64,000 bases of DNA from IMG/VR virus record IMGVR_UViG_3300038530_001278; one strand, given 5' to 3'. This DNA is from an uncultured virus (IMG/VR IMGVR_UViG_3300038530_001278) (lineage: Duplodnaviria > Heunggongvirae > Uroviricota > Caudoviricetes). Below are positions 39,036 through 49,262 of this stretch, one piece after another (the first letter of the stretch is position 1; every line of letters starts with the position of its first letter). The position numbers and the translations under genes are program-made. The notes under the pieces are model-generated. The model had not been told where the DNA came from. It did not search any database and saw only the letters and a list, made by a program, of their open reading frames with translations.

Positions 39036-39869
39036 ATGAAAGATTCTGATATAAAATATAGACAAGGTCGTAGCAAAGAAAAGATGAAAGAGAGTTATAA
39101 ATTTACATTTCTCTCTATCCTAGGCTTTGCTATCTGTTTACTTGCAATAGCAATATCAACTCATTGTGCACATGCACAAGAGAAAACAGATATACTCGAT
39201 TTGTTCGAGACACCTGATACCTACGAAAGAAGAAACTATGATAGTTTTTCTTTGTGGTTGTATAGTTTACCTATTCATACAAATGACGCTAAATATTATA
39301 ATGGCGAGATAGTTCCAGGCAATGGTACTACATACGCTGCAGTATTTGACTATAATATAGGCGAAAAAGACTTACATCATTGTGCTGATGCAGTATTCTG
39401 GTTAAGATCTTATTATTTGTTTAGTCATAATAGAGAAAATGAAATAGGTTTTCACTATACAGACGGCACATTCGTATCTTATTTCGATTGGTTAGCCGGT
39501 AACAATATAAATGTGTCTACTGAAGATACATTTTGGGCGTACATGGAACATATGTGGATATATGCTGGCACTTATTCATTGGATAATCTTGAAACTAAGA
39601 GAATTCCTATGAGTGAAATGCAACCTGGTGATATATTTGTCAAGGGTGGTTTTCCTGGACATGCAATTACCGTAGTAGATGTAGCTGTAAATGATGAGAC
39701 AGGACATAAAGTATTTATGTTAGCTCAATCATATATGCCTGCACAAGAACAGCATATACTTATTGATCCTAGTGACGGTGACGTTTGGTTTTCTATGAGT
39801 GAAGATAAACCAATACGTACCTACCAGTGGACCTTTAAGCCTGATAACTTAAAACGATTCATATGGTAG
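39036..39869 (+). CDS. DUF4846-like exported protein with an N-terminal membrane/signal segment
   Basis: DLHHCADAV, QPGDIFVKGGFPGHAITVVD and MLAQSYMPAQEQHIL motifs. Confidence 0.75.
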   Translation: MKDSDIKYRQGRSKEKMKESYKFTFLSILGFAICLLAIAISTHCAHAQEKTDILDLFETPDTYERRNYDSFSLWLYSLPIHTNDAKYYNGEIVPGNGTTYAAVFDYNIGEKDLHHCADAVFWLRSYYLFSHNRENEIGFHYTDGTFVSYFDWLAGNNINVSTEDTFWAYMEHMWIYAGTYSLDNLETKRIPMSEMQPGDIFVKGGFPGHAITVVDVAVNDETGHKVFMLAQSYMPAQEQHILIDPSDGDVWFSMSEDKPIRTYQWTFKPDNLKRFIW

Positions 39870-40000
39870 ATAATAGTAAATATCATTTAGACAGAATAGA
39901 GGCGATGGAGACAGAAATCAATCGTCTTAACTCTGTTGTTGAGAGACAAAAAAGAGAAATTAGTAACTTAAAAAGAAAGAAAAATGAAAAGAACCATTAG
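39863..40000 (+). CDS. Small coiled-coil protein (45 aa)
   Basis: Read manually: MVDNSKYHLDRIEAMETEINRLNSVVERQKREISNLKRKKNEKNH. Confidence 0.55.
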   Translation: MVDNSKYHLDRIEAMETEINRLNSVVERQKREISNLKRKKNEKNH

Positions 40001-40139
40001 ATTAACATCAATTGCGATGTTATTAACAGGCTTCTTATTCTCATCGTGTGCTTCACAGCAAATGTGTAAGAGTAAGAAGAAGTATTACAAATCACAAAAG
40101 TGTTGGAATGCTAAAAAGCAAAAGATGACACGTTGTTAA
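39984..40139 (+). CDS. Small lipoprotein (51 aa)
   Basis: Read manually: MKRTIRLTSIAMLLTGFLFSS-C lipobox followed by a Lys/Cys-rich mature peptide. Confidence 0.65.
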   Translation: MKRTIRLTSIAMLLTGFLFSSCASQQMCKSKKKYYKSQKCWNAKKQKMTRC

Positions 40140-40145
40140 GATTAT

Positions 40146-40200
40146 AGATAGAGATTCCTTAGTCTGGATGATGTATAAGACTATAGGTTTCTCTATCTTT
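40146..40200 (+). terminator. Long imperfect hairpin (terminator or processing site)
   Basis: AGATAGAGA..CCT.TAGTCT pairs with AGACTA.AGG..TCTCTATCT and is followed by a T-run. Confidence 0.6.
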
Positions 40201-40232
40201 TATTTTGTTAAATTTAAATTAAATATATTATT

Positions 40233-40838
40233 ATGGGTATGGATCTATACGGATTGAATCCTCACAATCCTAAAAAGCTCGTTAGACCAACAATAGATTG
40301 GAGTGAAGAGCAATCTGAGGAAGACAAAGATATTTTTTTCAAAGCATTAGATAATTACGAAAAGAATGTTCCTGGATATTATTTTAGAAATAACTGTTGG
40401 TGGTGGCGTCCTTTATGGGATTATACATATAATTTTACCAATATATTAACTGAAGAGGAATATAGTGGAGGTCATCATAATGATGGTCAACAAATTAACG
40501 CTAAGAAAGCTGAGAAGTTATCATTCGCACTGCACAAACTTATTGATAGTGGTCACACTAAGCAATACGAAGAAGATTATATGAGAGAATATAGAGAGGC
40601 TGAAGAGTTTAACAATAAAGTTGATGAAAGACTAAAAGAGTTAAACGAGCTGGTGCGTAATGAGGTAGGTAGCAATGAAGAATGGTTAGCACCTTCACAG
40701 TTTCCAGAAGAATATCTAAAACAATGGGAAAAGATATATGGAACAAAGAAAATTCAGGGTAGTTATCCTTTTTCTGTTAAGAATGTAAGAGAATTTGCTA
40801 ACTTTTGCTATCAGTCAGGAGGTTTTGAAATATGTTAG
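40233..40838 (+). CDS. Conserved phage hypothetical protein
   Basis: MGMDLYG, YFRNNCWWWRPLWDY and FCYQSGGFEIC motifs. Confidence 0.75.
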   Translation: MGMDLYGLNPHNPKKLVRPTIDWSEEQSEEDKDIFFKALDNYEKNVPGYYFRNNCWWWRPLWDYTYNFTNILTEEEYSGGHHNDGQQINAKKAEKLSFALHKLIDSGHTKQYEEDYMREYREAEEFNNKVDERLKELNELVRNEVGSNEEWLAPSQFPEEYLKQWEKIYGTKKIQGSYPFSVKNVREFANFCYQSGGFEIC

Positions 40839-40898
40839 CTTTAGTAACCGGTACTTTGTATATAGTAATACTATACTTATACCTAAAATACGAGTAAT

Positions 40899-42746
40899 AT
40901 GAATTATTTAATAACTAATAGTAAGTCACAAAGTGCTTATGAAGGTTTTGGAATAATCAGCATCAACGAAGCTATATCACACCTTAAAAAGTGTGATGTA
41001 GTGGCTGTTGACACTGAGACTACAGGTTTTCATTGGCAAGATGATAAACTATTGTTATTACAAATCTCTTCTGCAGAGCACAACTATGTGATTGACTGCA
41101 GAAATGTAGATATATCAAGACTTGCACCTATGTTTAGCAGTAAAAAAGTCGTAAAGATCTTTCACAATGCTAAATTTGACTACAAGTTTCTGCTTGCTAA
41201 CGATATCAGATGTGAAAATATACACGATACTATGCTTGCTGAACAGCTTATACATTGTGGTAAGTCTTCTATAAAATATTCTCTTGATAGTGTACTAGAT
41301 AGACATCTAGACATTACCATGAGCAAGGAAGCGAGAGCTTCTTTCATAAATCACAAGGGTAATTTTACTAAGATACAACTTGTCTATGCTATTGATGATA
41401 CACAGTATCTAATAGAACTTAGACAGAAACAGATTTTAATGTTATCCGATCTTGATTTATTAAATGTTCTTGAACTTGAGAACAAAGCATGTCTTGCATT
41501 TGCGGACATGGAATACAATGGTATCTATCTTAATAAAGATAAATGGAATAAGAATATAGATATCGTTGCTAAAGAGCTTGACAAAACACAGCTTGAGCTC
41601 GATCAATTTATTGCACAAGAAGATCAGTTTTCTAAATTTAAACTTAGACAAATACAAACTGATATGTTTACAGCTACTAGTGAACTAAGACAAACAGATA
41701 TGATGTGGTCTTCGCCTTCACAAGTGCTTAGACTATTTAAGGTTATTATACCAGAACTTGATAGTGTCAATGCAAAGCTAATTGCTACGCATAAGAATAC
41801 GCATCCAATCATAGAAAAGTATATACACTTCAAGGAACAGAGTAAATTGCATAATGCATATGGTCAGGATTTTTACAAGTATCTGCATAAAGATGGTAAA
41901 GTTCATACATCTTTTCAACAGATACTGAACACCGGTCGTGTTTCATCCAAAAAGCCCAATATGCAACAGATTCCTAGCAGTAATACATACAGAAATGCTT
42001 TTGTACCTAAGAATGCTGATGATGTTTTTGTATCATCTGATTTCTCTTCACAAGAGTTATGTATTATTGCCTACGGATCTGGCGATCCTGTTTGGTTGAA
42101 AGCGTTAGAACAAGGAGCGGATCTTCACTCTATATGTGCAGAGCTCATATTTGATAAGAAATGGAAAGATGCTGATGGTAATGTAGCAGAGCGTAAGAGA
42201 TTGCGTACTGCTGTAAAGTCTATCAACTTCGGTCTTGCTTATGGTATGAGTGAGTTCAAACTTGCAGATACACTTAGTATACCTGTAAAAGAAGCTAAAG
42301 ATATGATCAAGAAATACTTTACTGTATTTCCTGCTATCAAGAAGTTTCTTACTAATCTAGGTAATTATGGTAAAGATAATGGACATATTAGGACATTCCC
42401 ACCGTACAAGCGTATTCGTTGGTTTGAAGACTGGAAAGGCAAGGAGACTGATTTTGCAGTACTTGGTAGCATAGAACGTGCATCCAAGAATACCCCTATA
42501 CAGGGTACAGGTGCAGATATGACTAAACTTGCTCTTTACAAGTTGCGTGATATTATTCACGATAATCAATATCCAGTTAAATTAATTATGACAGTGCATG
42601 ATCAGATTGACACAATATGTCACAAGGACTTTGCGGAGCAATGGTCTAATATTCTAAGAGAGACAATGGAATCTGCAGCACTGACTATAATTGATAATGG
42701 ATTATTAAAATCAGATACTAACATAACAAAACAATGGTCAAAATGA
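40899..42746 (+). CDS. polA: Family A DNA polymerase with 3'-5' exonuclease
   Basis: Exo motifs VDTETTG, HNAKFD and YAIDD; polymerase motifs DFSSQEL, KSINFGLAYG and VHDQI. Confidence 0.95.
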   Translation: MNYLITNSKSQSAYEGFGIISINEAISHLKKCDVVAVDTETTGFHWQDDKLLLLQISSAEHNYVIDCRNVDISRLAPMFSSKKVVKIFHNAKFDYKFLLANDIRCENIHDTMLAEQLIHCGKSSIKYSLDSVLDRHLDITMSKEARASFINHKGNFTKIQLVYAIDDTQYLIELRQKQILMLSDLDLLNVLELENKACLAFADMEYNGIYLNKDKWNKNIDIVAKELDKTQLELDQFIAQEDQFSKFKLRQIQTDMFTATSELRQTDMMWSSPSQVLRLFKVIIPELDSVNAKLIATHKNTHPIIEKYIHFKEQSKLHNAYGQDFYKYLHKDGKVHTSFQQILNTGRVSSKKPNMQQIPSSNTYRNAFVPKNADDVFVSSDFSSQELCIIAYGSGDPVWLKALEQGADLHSICAELIFDKKWKDADGNVAERKRLRTAVKSINFGLAYGMSEFKLADTLSIPVKEAKDMIKKYFTVFPAIKKFLTNLGNYGKDNGHIRTFPPYKRIRWFEDWKGKETDFAVLGSIERASKNTPIQGTGADMTKLALYKLRDIIHDNQYPVKLIMTVHDQIDTICHKDFAEQWSNILRETMESAALTIIDNGLLKSDTNITKQWSK

Positions 42747-42988
42747 GAATAGATTTCACAGTTTTTAAGAAAATAGAAGAATGGTATGGGTCAGATGATT
42801 TTGAGATAGGTGTACATAGCGATAAAGCCTTGTATGTACGGTTTGGTTACTGGAATAAGATAGATTTAGATGCGTTTAATTCTTTCTTTCCAGACTATAT
42901 AGGCACCTCTGAATATTTAGTAGATGAAGATGACGATACTGGTCCTGCATACATATATTTAGTATGGCGTGTGGACCTTTTTAAATAG
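42734..42988 (+). CDS. Hypothetical protein
   Basis: 84 aa, overlapping the end of polA. Confidence 0.6.
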   Translation: MVKMRIDFTVFKKIEEWYGSDDFEIGVHSDKALYVRFGYWNKIDLDAFNSFFPDYIGTSEYLVDEDDDTGPAYIYLVWRVDLFK

Positions 42989-42998
42989 TATAGTATAA

Positions 42999-43029
42999 TT
43001 TGATATGACACTTATATTTCGTATCTTAA
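42999..43029 (+). promoter_or_regulatory. Putative Bacteroidetes-type promoter
   Basis: TTTG-N19-TATCTTAA (imperfect -7 box) upstream of the helicase gene. Confidence 0.35.
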
Positions 43030-43039
43030 ATAAGTATAT

Positions 43040-44278
43040 ATGAAAATAGATAAAACAAGATTAATAAGACAACAGAAGACAATAGATATCTGGAAAGCTA
43101 ATGGCTATAAAGGTACACTAGAGGCTGTAACAGGCTTCGGTAAAACTTATGTAGCTTGTCTCATCATCAAACAGATGAATGAGAAGAAACCAGACGCTAG
43201 TACTACTGTTATAGTTCCTACAAGATACCTACGAGATCAGTGGGTTAATAGAATAAATGACATGGAACTATGCAATGTAACTATTATGGTTGTAAATACA
43301 GGCGTAAAGGCTACTAGAACGACAGATCTTTTGATTCTGGATGAAATACATAACTACGCATCTGATGTGTTTAGAAATGTATTTACAAAGATCTTCTACA
43401 AATATATACTTGGTCTTACAGCTACGCTAGAGCGTAACGATAAGAAACATTATATTATTGAACAACAATGTCCTGTGATAGATACTGTATCTATGCAAGA
43501 AGCATTATCTATGGGATATGTATCAGACTTTAAAGTATTTAATTTAGGTATAGAACTTGACGACAAGGAAAGATTTAAATATGAAACTATGCATGATAGT
43601 TTTAATAAATACTTTAAATGGTTTGATTTTAACTTTCAGACAGCTATGAAATGTCTGCAAAGTCAAGAATTCAGAGAGCATTATGCTGGTAGGACAGGTT
43701 ATGATCCTAAAGGTATAATGAGTGCAGCAGTAAATTGGTCTAAGAATATGCGTTTAAGAAAACAATTCTTATACAATCATCCTGCTAAGATACGAGCTGC
43801 TAAATCATTGATCGAAACATTTGATGTCAAGACAATTACATTCTCTGAAACAGTTAAGTTTGCAGATGAACTTACTAAAGCATGTTATCCTTGGGCGATA
43901 TCATATCACTCTAAGATGGGTAAGTATGCAAAGATAAAAGCAATAGAACATTTTAATGATGACAGATCTGATATCAAGGTTATATCTACAGCCAGAGCTC
44001 TAGATGAAGGTTTTGATATACAAGATGTTACTCTTGCTATTATCTGTAGTGGTACATCTACTTCTAGACAAGATCTACAGCGTACGGGTAGAGCAATACG
44101 ATGGGCTCCTGGTAAAACAGGTCTTATTGTAAATTTGTATATTCGTGATTCTCAAGACGAGAAGTGGCTGAGAGCTAGACAGAAGAAAACAGTCAATACA
44201 ATCAGTGTGAGCAGTATAGATGACATCAAACAACATCTAGGACAAGCCTCACTTAATTATTTAAATGTAGAAGAATGA
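43040..44278 (+). CDS. Superfamily 2 helicase (XPB/UvsW-like)
   Basis: TGFGKT, DEIH, GLTAT, LDEGFD and QRTGRAIR motifs. Confidence 0.9.
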   Translation: MKIDKTRLIRQQKTIDIWKANGYKGTLEAVTGFGKTYVACLIIKQMNEKKPDASTTVIVPTRYLRDQWVNRINDMELCNVTIMVVNTGVKATRTTDLLILDEIHNYASDVFRNVFTKIFYKYILGLTATLERNDKKHYIIEQQCPVIDTVSMQEALSMGYVSDFKVFNLGIELDDKERFKYETMHDSFNKYFKWFDFNFQTAMKCLQSQEFREHYAGRTGYDPKGIMSAAVNWSKNMRLRKQFLYNHPAKIRAAKSLIETFDVKTITFSETVKFADELTKACYPWAISYHSKMGKYAKIKAIEHFNDDRSDIKVISTARALDEGFDIQDVTLAIICSGTSTSRQDLQRTGRAIRWAPGKTGLIVNLYIRDSQDEKWLRARQKKTVNTISVSSIDDIKQHLGQASLNYLNVEE

Positions 44279-44841
44279 TTTTAGAAACACCCGCACAATA
44301 CGTGGACTTTTTGACTAAACATGCATTAAGTCCATCACAGTTTTTGTTTTTGTATATACTATATGAGAATGATTATGCATCCTTATACAAGTATGTACAT
44401 TTAGAAGGTGGATTCACTACAGCTGAATTACAAGATATGGTAGAACGTGGTTATCTTATTGATGATAATCCTAATACTAAATCATCTCTTGCTGATAATT
44501 ATACTGTAACGGATAAGTTTATCAAAGATCTCTATAACACAGATGCCAGCTCAGCATATGAAGAGTTTTTTGAAGCTTATCCGGTACATATATATGTAGA
44601 CGGTAAGAGACTACCTGGTCGTAATGCGACTATGCGTACACGTAATTATTATAAGAAAAAGATTGCTACAAGACGAGCCCTGCATCTAAAGGTTATGAAA
44701 TGCCTAGACTATGCAAAAGATAATCATTTGATTACTATGGGTATGGAGCGGTGGATAGAGACAGAGCAATGGAAAACTATTTTAGAACTTATGAAAACAG
44801 ATATAGATGGATTCGAATCTCCAAACGAAAAGATTTACTAG
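44275..44841 (+). CDS. Putative replisome organiser / helicase loader
   Basis: wHTH-like N-terminus and YEEFFEAYP motif; directly upstream of the DnaB-like gene. Confidence 0.5.
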   Translation: MILETPAQYVDFLTKHALSPSQFLFLYILYENDYASLYKYVHLEGGFTTAELQDMVERGYLIDDNPNTKSSLADNYTVTDKFIKDLYNTDASSAYEEFFEAYPVHIYVDGKRLPGRNATMRTRNYYKKKIATRRALHLKVMKCLDYAKDNHLITMGMERWIETEQWKTILELMKTDIDGFESPNEKIY

Positions 44842-45769
44842 TCTTCAGATTAAGACAGCAGATCAGGCTATCAAGGAAGCCGATAAATTCCTAGAAGAAG
44901 GAGCTTTAAACAAAAGACCCTTCCTCGCTACACGGTGGCAAAAGGTAAACACTATGCTACTAGGTGGTTTTCACTTTGGACAAACATATTTTCTTGCCGG
45001 AGCATCAGGTCATGGTAAGTCTTTCTTTGTTAACATGTTGCACACAGACTTTACATCTTATTATTTAGGCAATCAAGACGTTAAAGTATTACACTTTAGC
45101 TTTGAAATGCATGCAAAAGATGAGATGATAAGAAAAATATCACAGCTTAATGACGTTGATTACAGAAAACTTGTATCATCTGATAAGCCCCTTACAGTAC
45201 AAGAGCTCAATCTTATAAGAGAGAGTTACTCTCGTATGAAGAATAAGAATGTTTACTATGTTGAAACCCCCTCTACTAGAGATAGAATATATGCTACTAT
45301 TAATGACTTCTGTAATGAATTCAAAGATAGTAAGATAGTTGTATCTCTTGATCACACTTTACTTGTTACACCAAATGCAGGAGAGAATGAAATACAATCT
45401 CTTGCAGAACTAGGAAAGATGTTTATACAAGTGCGAAAAGAATTTGGTACTTGTAATATATTAGTTGGTCAGATGAATGACAAGATGGAATCTAAGGAAC
45501 GTAGAGATCCTACAAATCCTTCTTTGCATTATCCTACCAAGACTGATATACATGGTAGCAAACAGATCTACCACTCTGCTGATGTTGTTATGGTATTGCA
45601 TCAGCCTATACTTCTTAACTTAGAATACTATGGTAAGAAGAGATTTCCTACGACAGATCTTGTCGCATTGCATTGTCTAAAGAATAGAACAGGCGTTGCA
45701 GGACTGACAAGATTGCGTAATAATCTAACACACGGTAGGTTTGACACCTACGAAGAAAAACTTTTTTAA
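44807..45769 (+). CDS. dnaB: DnaB-like replicative helicase
   Basis: GASGHGKS, FSFEM, LDH, GQMN, ADVV and KNRTG motifs. Confidence 0.85.
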   Translation: MDSNLQTKRFTSLQIKTADQAIKEADKFLEEGALNKRPFLATRWQKVNTMLLGGFHFGQTYFLAGASGHGKSFFVNMLHTDFTSYYLGNQDVKVLHFSFEMHAKDEMIRKISQLNDVDYRKLVSSDKPLTVQELNLIRESYSRMKNKNVYYVETPSTRDRIYATINDFCNEFKDSKIVVSLDHTLLVTPNAGENEIQSLAELGKMFIQVRKEFGTCNILVGQMNDKMESKERRDPTNPSLHYPTKTDIHGSKQIYHSADVVMVLHQPILLNLEYYGKKRFPTTDLVALHCLKNRTGVAGLTRLRNNLTHGRFDTYEEKLF

Positions 45770-45788
45770 ATTAAAATAAAATATAATT

Positions 45789-46457
45789 ATGGAATTACCC
45801 ACTCAAGTTGTTAAATCAAAAACAGTAAACCCTTCACTACTAACTATCTTCGGACAGTCAAAGGTAGGGAAGACAACCATGTTATCTAAATTAGATAACT
45901 GTCTAATCATAGATACAGAGAAAGGCACGAAATATGTTGACGCCTTAAAGCTCCAAGTGAATAATAGTGCAGAGTTAAAAGACACTATCAAAGCTTTAAA
46001 AGGAGACGAAGGTACGATATATGATTACATTGCTCTTGATACTATTGATAATGTGGTTGCGTGGTTCGAGAAAGACGTAGCTCGTGCTAATAACGTAGAG
46101 AGTTACGCAAAGATTCCTTTTGGTGATGGTTACAATCAAGTAAGAACTAGAGTCATGAATATGATTGCTGCTCTTATGGATTGCTGTGAGCATATTATTA
46201 TTATTGGTCACAGAAAGAAAACTATTATAGGAAACGATTCAGTCGAAGTAAATGTAAGTTCCCTCGATCTATCTGGAAAACTAAAGAATTATGTCATGGC
46301 TAAGTCTGACGCTATTGGTTTTGTATACAGAGATGAAGAAGGTAAATTACAGATTTCTTTTCAAGCATCTGATGAGATAGAAGCAGGCACAAGACTGCCA
46401 CATCTAGCAGGTAAAATACTAGAATTTGACTGGAAAAATATATATAAATCAAATTAA
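45789..46457 (+). CDS. AAA_24 / Sak4-like ATPase (recombination)
   Basis: GQSKVGKTT, IDTEKG, ALDTID and SDAIGF motifs. Confidence 0.8.
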   Translation: MELPTQVVKSKTVNPSLLTIFGQSKVGKTTMLSKLDNCLIIDTEKGTKYVDALKLQVNNSAELKDTIKALKGDEGTIYDYIALDTIDNVVAWFEKDVARANNVESYAKIPFGDGYNQVRTRVMNMIAALMDCCEHIIIIGHRKKTIIGNDSVEVNVSSLDLSGKLKNYVMAKSDAIGFVYRDEEGKLQISFQASDEIEAGTRLPHLAGKILEFDWKNIYKSN

Positions 46458-46505
46458 ATTTTGTATATTACATACTTAAATTTAATATAATTCTAAATCA
46501 ATTTT

Positions 46506-47129
46506 ATGTACAAATTAGTAGAAACACAACCTAATACTAGCGCATACAAACTAATGGATGCTGGTATTAATGAGAATGTTAGTCTGGTAGACGTAACGTT
46601 CGACACTCTAAGACAAGATGGCACCGGAGGTAATGTAATTAGATTTTACTTCCAGAATGAAGAGGGTGCTAAATTTACACAGACATATATGGAAGTTACA
46701 TCTCTAGACAGACTGAAAGAGTCTGCTAAGAATGCAGCTTCTTCTGGTAGACCATGGTCTTCTACACCAGAACAGTTACATAAAGACTTACTACGTAATG
46801 TAGGTGAGTCTTTGAGACATATATTGTTAGCATTTATCCCTGAGAATAAATTAATTATGAGTGGAGACACTTGGGATGCATTTGGTAAGAATATAGTAGA
46901 TCTTGTTGGTAACTCATATGAAGGTCTGAAGTTCAAGATAAAATGTGTATATGACAAGCAGGGTAAATATCTACAGTTCCCTCAGCGTCCATTACAGCCT
47001 TTTATGTTGGCTCAAGATAGTGCTACAGACTTAACTATCTCTTCTAGAGATAACTTACAAGCTGCGGCACCTACAAACGAGGCAGAGATTGCGTCTTCTG
47101 ATAAGTCAGATGATGGTGATATCTGGTAA
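46506..47129 (+). CDS. Probable ssDNA-binding protein
   Basis: Lies between the Sak4-like and primase genes; acidic tail ending SDDGDIW. Confidence 0.6.
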   Translation: MYKLVETQPNTSAYKLMDAGINENVSLVDVTFDTLRQDGTGGNVIRFYFQNEEGAKFTQTYMEVTSLDRLKESAKNAASSGRPWSSTPEQLHKDLLRNVGESLRHILLAFIPENKLIMSGDTWDAFGKNIVDLVGNSYEGLKFKIKCVYDKQGKYLQFPQRPLQPFMLAQDSATDLTISSRDNLQAAAPTNEAEIASSDKSDDGDIW

Positions 47130-47178
47130 GTTTTTTTCATACGCTTATATGTAATATAAGTTTAGTTTAAATTTCTAG

Positions 47179-47210
47179 AGAAGGGTGCCTTAGGGTGCCC
47201 TTTTCATTTT
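47179..47210 (+). terminator. Intrinsic terminator
   Basis: AGGGTGCC-TTAG-GGTGCCCT stem with tandem G-U pairs, followed by TTTT. Confidence 0.7.
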
Positions 47211-47222
47211 AAATCAATTAAT

Positions 47223-48218
47223 ATGTATAGTTTAAATCCGGTTGTAACTAAAGAGTTTATACTGAGTAGACTAGATCAGGTACAAATACTAGAGTATTAC
47301 CTGGGCATACGTGTGAATAATAAAAGCGTTAGATCTCCTTTGCGGAAAGATAATAATCCTTCCTGTTCCTTTTGGGCAAATGGTAGTGGTACTATTTACT
47401 TCAAGGATTGGGCTCAAGGATTTAGTGGTGATTGGATTAAGATAATACAGTATAAGTATGGTCTTAATTATCAAGAGGCACTACAGAGATGTGCAGAGGA
47501 TTTTAATCTAATTAAAGGTACAGGTGTAATATCTATAGGTAAAGTACAGGAGTATTCTAAAATCAAATTAGAACCCAAGGAGTCTGTAATACAAATAAAG
47601 GTAAGACGTTGGGATCAACATGATAGAGAATACTGGTCTTCGTACGGTATAAATAGAGGTACACTAGATATGTATAATGTATATCCGTGTGAGATAGTAT
47701 TTTATAATACCAAAGTTATATATTCTAGATCTAAAAACGATCTGGCATATGCATATAGATTTGGTACAGGTAAATATAAAATATATATGCCTCAACGAAA
47801 TGCTTTCAGATGGATATCAAATTTTAATAGCTGGCAAGGGTTAGATCAGTTACCTGAAACAGGATCGTATTTGATCATTACAAAGTCTATGAAGGATGTT
47901 ATGTGTCTTCGTAATCTTGGTATTATATCATGTGCTCCTTCTTCAGAAGTCGTACAAATAGAAGATAAAGAGATAGAGAATCTATCAACTAGATTTGAAC
48001 ATCTGTTTTCTTTTATGGACTTTGATCTACCTGGTGTGAAGATGGCTAACATGCTTTTCAGGAAATATAATGCTCAACCTATGTTTCTAACTAACGGTAG
48101 ATTCGGTAGTAGAGACTATAGAGCAAAAGATATTTCTGATTATTATCACACGCATGGACTAGAGTCTACATTAAACCTAGTTGCACAAGCAAAAAAGAAG
48201 TTTCCATGGATAAAATAG
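47223..48218 (+). CDS. dnaG: crAss-type DNA primase
   Basis: SPLRKDNNPSCSF, FKDW, IITKSMKDVM and MDFDLPG TOPRIM motifs. Confidence 0.85.
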   Translation: MYSLNPVVTKEFILSRLDQVQILEYYLGIRVNNKSVRSPLRKDNNPSCSFWANGSGTIYFKDWAQGFSGDWIKIIQYKYGLNYQEALQRCAEDFNLIKGTGVISIGKVQEYSKIKLEPKESVIQIKVRRWDQHDREYWSSYGINRGTLDMYNVYPCEIVFYNTKVIYSRSKNDLAYAYRFGTGKYKIYMPQRNAFRWISNFNSWQGLDQLPETGSYLIITKSMKDVMCLRNLGIISCAPSSEVVQIEDKEIENLSTRFEHLFSFMDFDLPGVKMANMLFRKYNAQPMFLTNGRFGSRDYRAKDISDYYHTHGLESTLNLVAQAKKKFPWIK

Positions 48219-48808
48219 AAATAAGTATACCTTTATTTTTAAAGAAGGTAATGATATCAAAAGCTAGAAGAATCAAATATTATAAGAAAGGCGGTAAGAT
48301 ACCGAAAAAATATAAAGATAATGGTTATGATTCTAGAGGCAGAATGATAGACGAAAACGGTGAATTCGTAATCGCTAATCCAAGAACTATAGGCAAACCT
48401 AAGTATCTTACTATAAATGGACAAGCATTATATAATGCAAGAATGAGTCCACATATAAGATCTAAGGTTGTTAATTCAGTAAAAGATTCCTTTATTCCTT
48501 ACATGAAAGATGTAAAGAAGATAGAGAACTTACCGGTCAGGATATCTCTTAAGATGTATGATACGATAAGACAAGCTAACTGGGATCTTGATAATCAATG
48601 GTTGTATAACAAATGTTTCCAAGATCTTTTGGTAAAACTAGAGATAATACCAGATGATGATATTAGATATGTTACAAAGTCAGCAGCTCCTGAGTTTGTA
48701 CCTGTAGATAATGAATCACAACGTAAACTGGTATTTACTATAGAATCAGAAGAACGTGATGAAATAATAAAATATAAATACTATGATGAATTTTATAGCG
48801 AAGATTAG
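48206..48808 (+). CDS. RusA-like Holliday junction resolvase
   Basis: WDLDN...KCFQDLL...IIPDDD. Confidence 0.7.
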   Translation: MDKIEISIPLFLKKVMISKARRIKYYKKGGKIPKKYKDNGYDSRGRMIDENGEFVIANPRTIGKPKYLTINGQALYNARMSPHIRSKVVNSVKDSFIPYMKDVKKIENLPVRISLKMYDTIRQANWDLDNQWLYNKCFQDLLVKLEIIPDDDIRYVTKSAAPEFVPVDNESQRKLVFTIESEERDEIIKYKYYDEFYSED

Positions 48809-49262
48809 TAACGGTAGAATTATACCGGATCAGCCACTCGTAGTAAACGATGAGCTGAAAACCTATCACGACAAAGTGGTAGAGATTAGCATCAATAAAA
48901 CTAACAAGCGTACCAATCCTCAGAACCGGTACTATTGGGGTGTAGTTGTACATCTTATAAGAGAAAGGTTCATTGAGCTTGGATACACTCGTACAGATAT
49001 TGATGATCATAGCGTTACCAGTCCATTGACTAGAGACGATGTACATCAGTTTCTTAGATCTAACTTTCTAAGAGATGATATTGTTTCTGGAGATGGTGAG
49101 GTATTAGGTACATTATCAAAGTCTACTAAACAATTATCTACGGATGAATTTGTTAAGTATTTAGATAATGTAAAGAATTGGGCGGTAGATAGTCTAGATA
49201 TAGAAATACCAGATCCCAATACAGAAATTAAGTATAACATACAAATAGAAAGCAATGGGTAA
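48783..49262 (+). CDS. NinB/Orf-like recombination protein
   Basis: RTNPQNRYYWG and STKQLSTDEFVKYLD...IPDP. Confidence 0.7.
   Translation: MMNFIAKISNGRIIPDQPLVVNDELKTYHDKVVEISINKTNKRTNPQNRYYWGVVVHLIRERFIELGYTRTDIDDHSVTSPLTRDDVHQFLRSNFLRDDIVSGDGEVLGTLSKSTKQLSTDEFVKYLDNVKNWAVDSLDIEIPDPNTEIKYNIQIESNG

Noticed and set aside
47223..48218. Primase inactivation (reduced Zn-finger ligands, TKS in place of the TOPRIM Glu)
   Set aside because: As I recall the family, this pattern is normal for crAss-type primases, and the DxD is intact.
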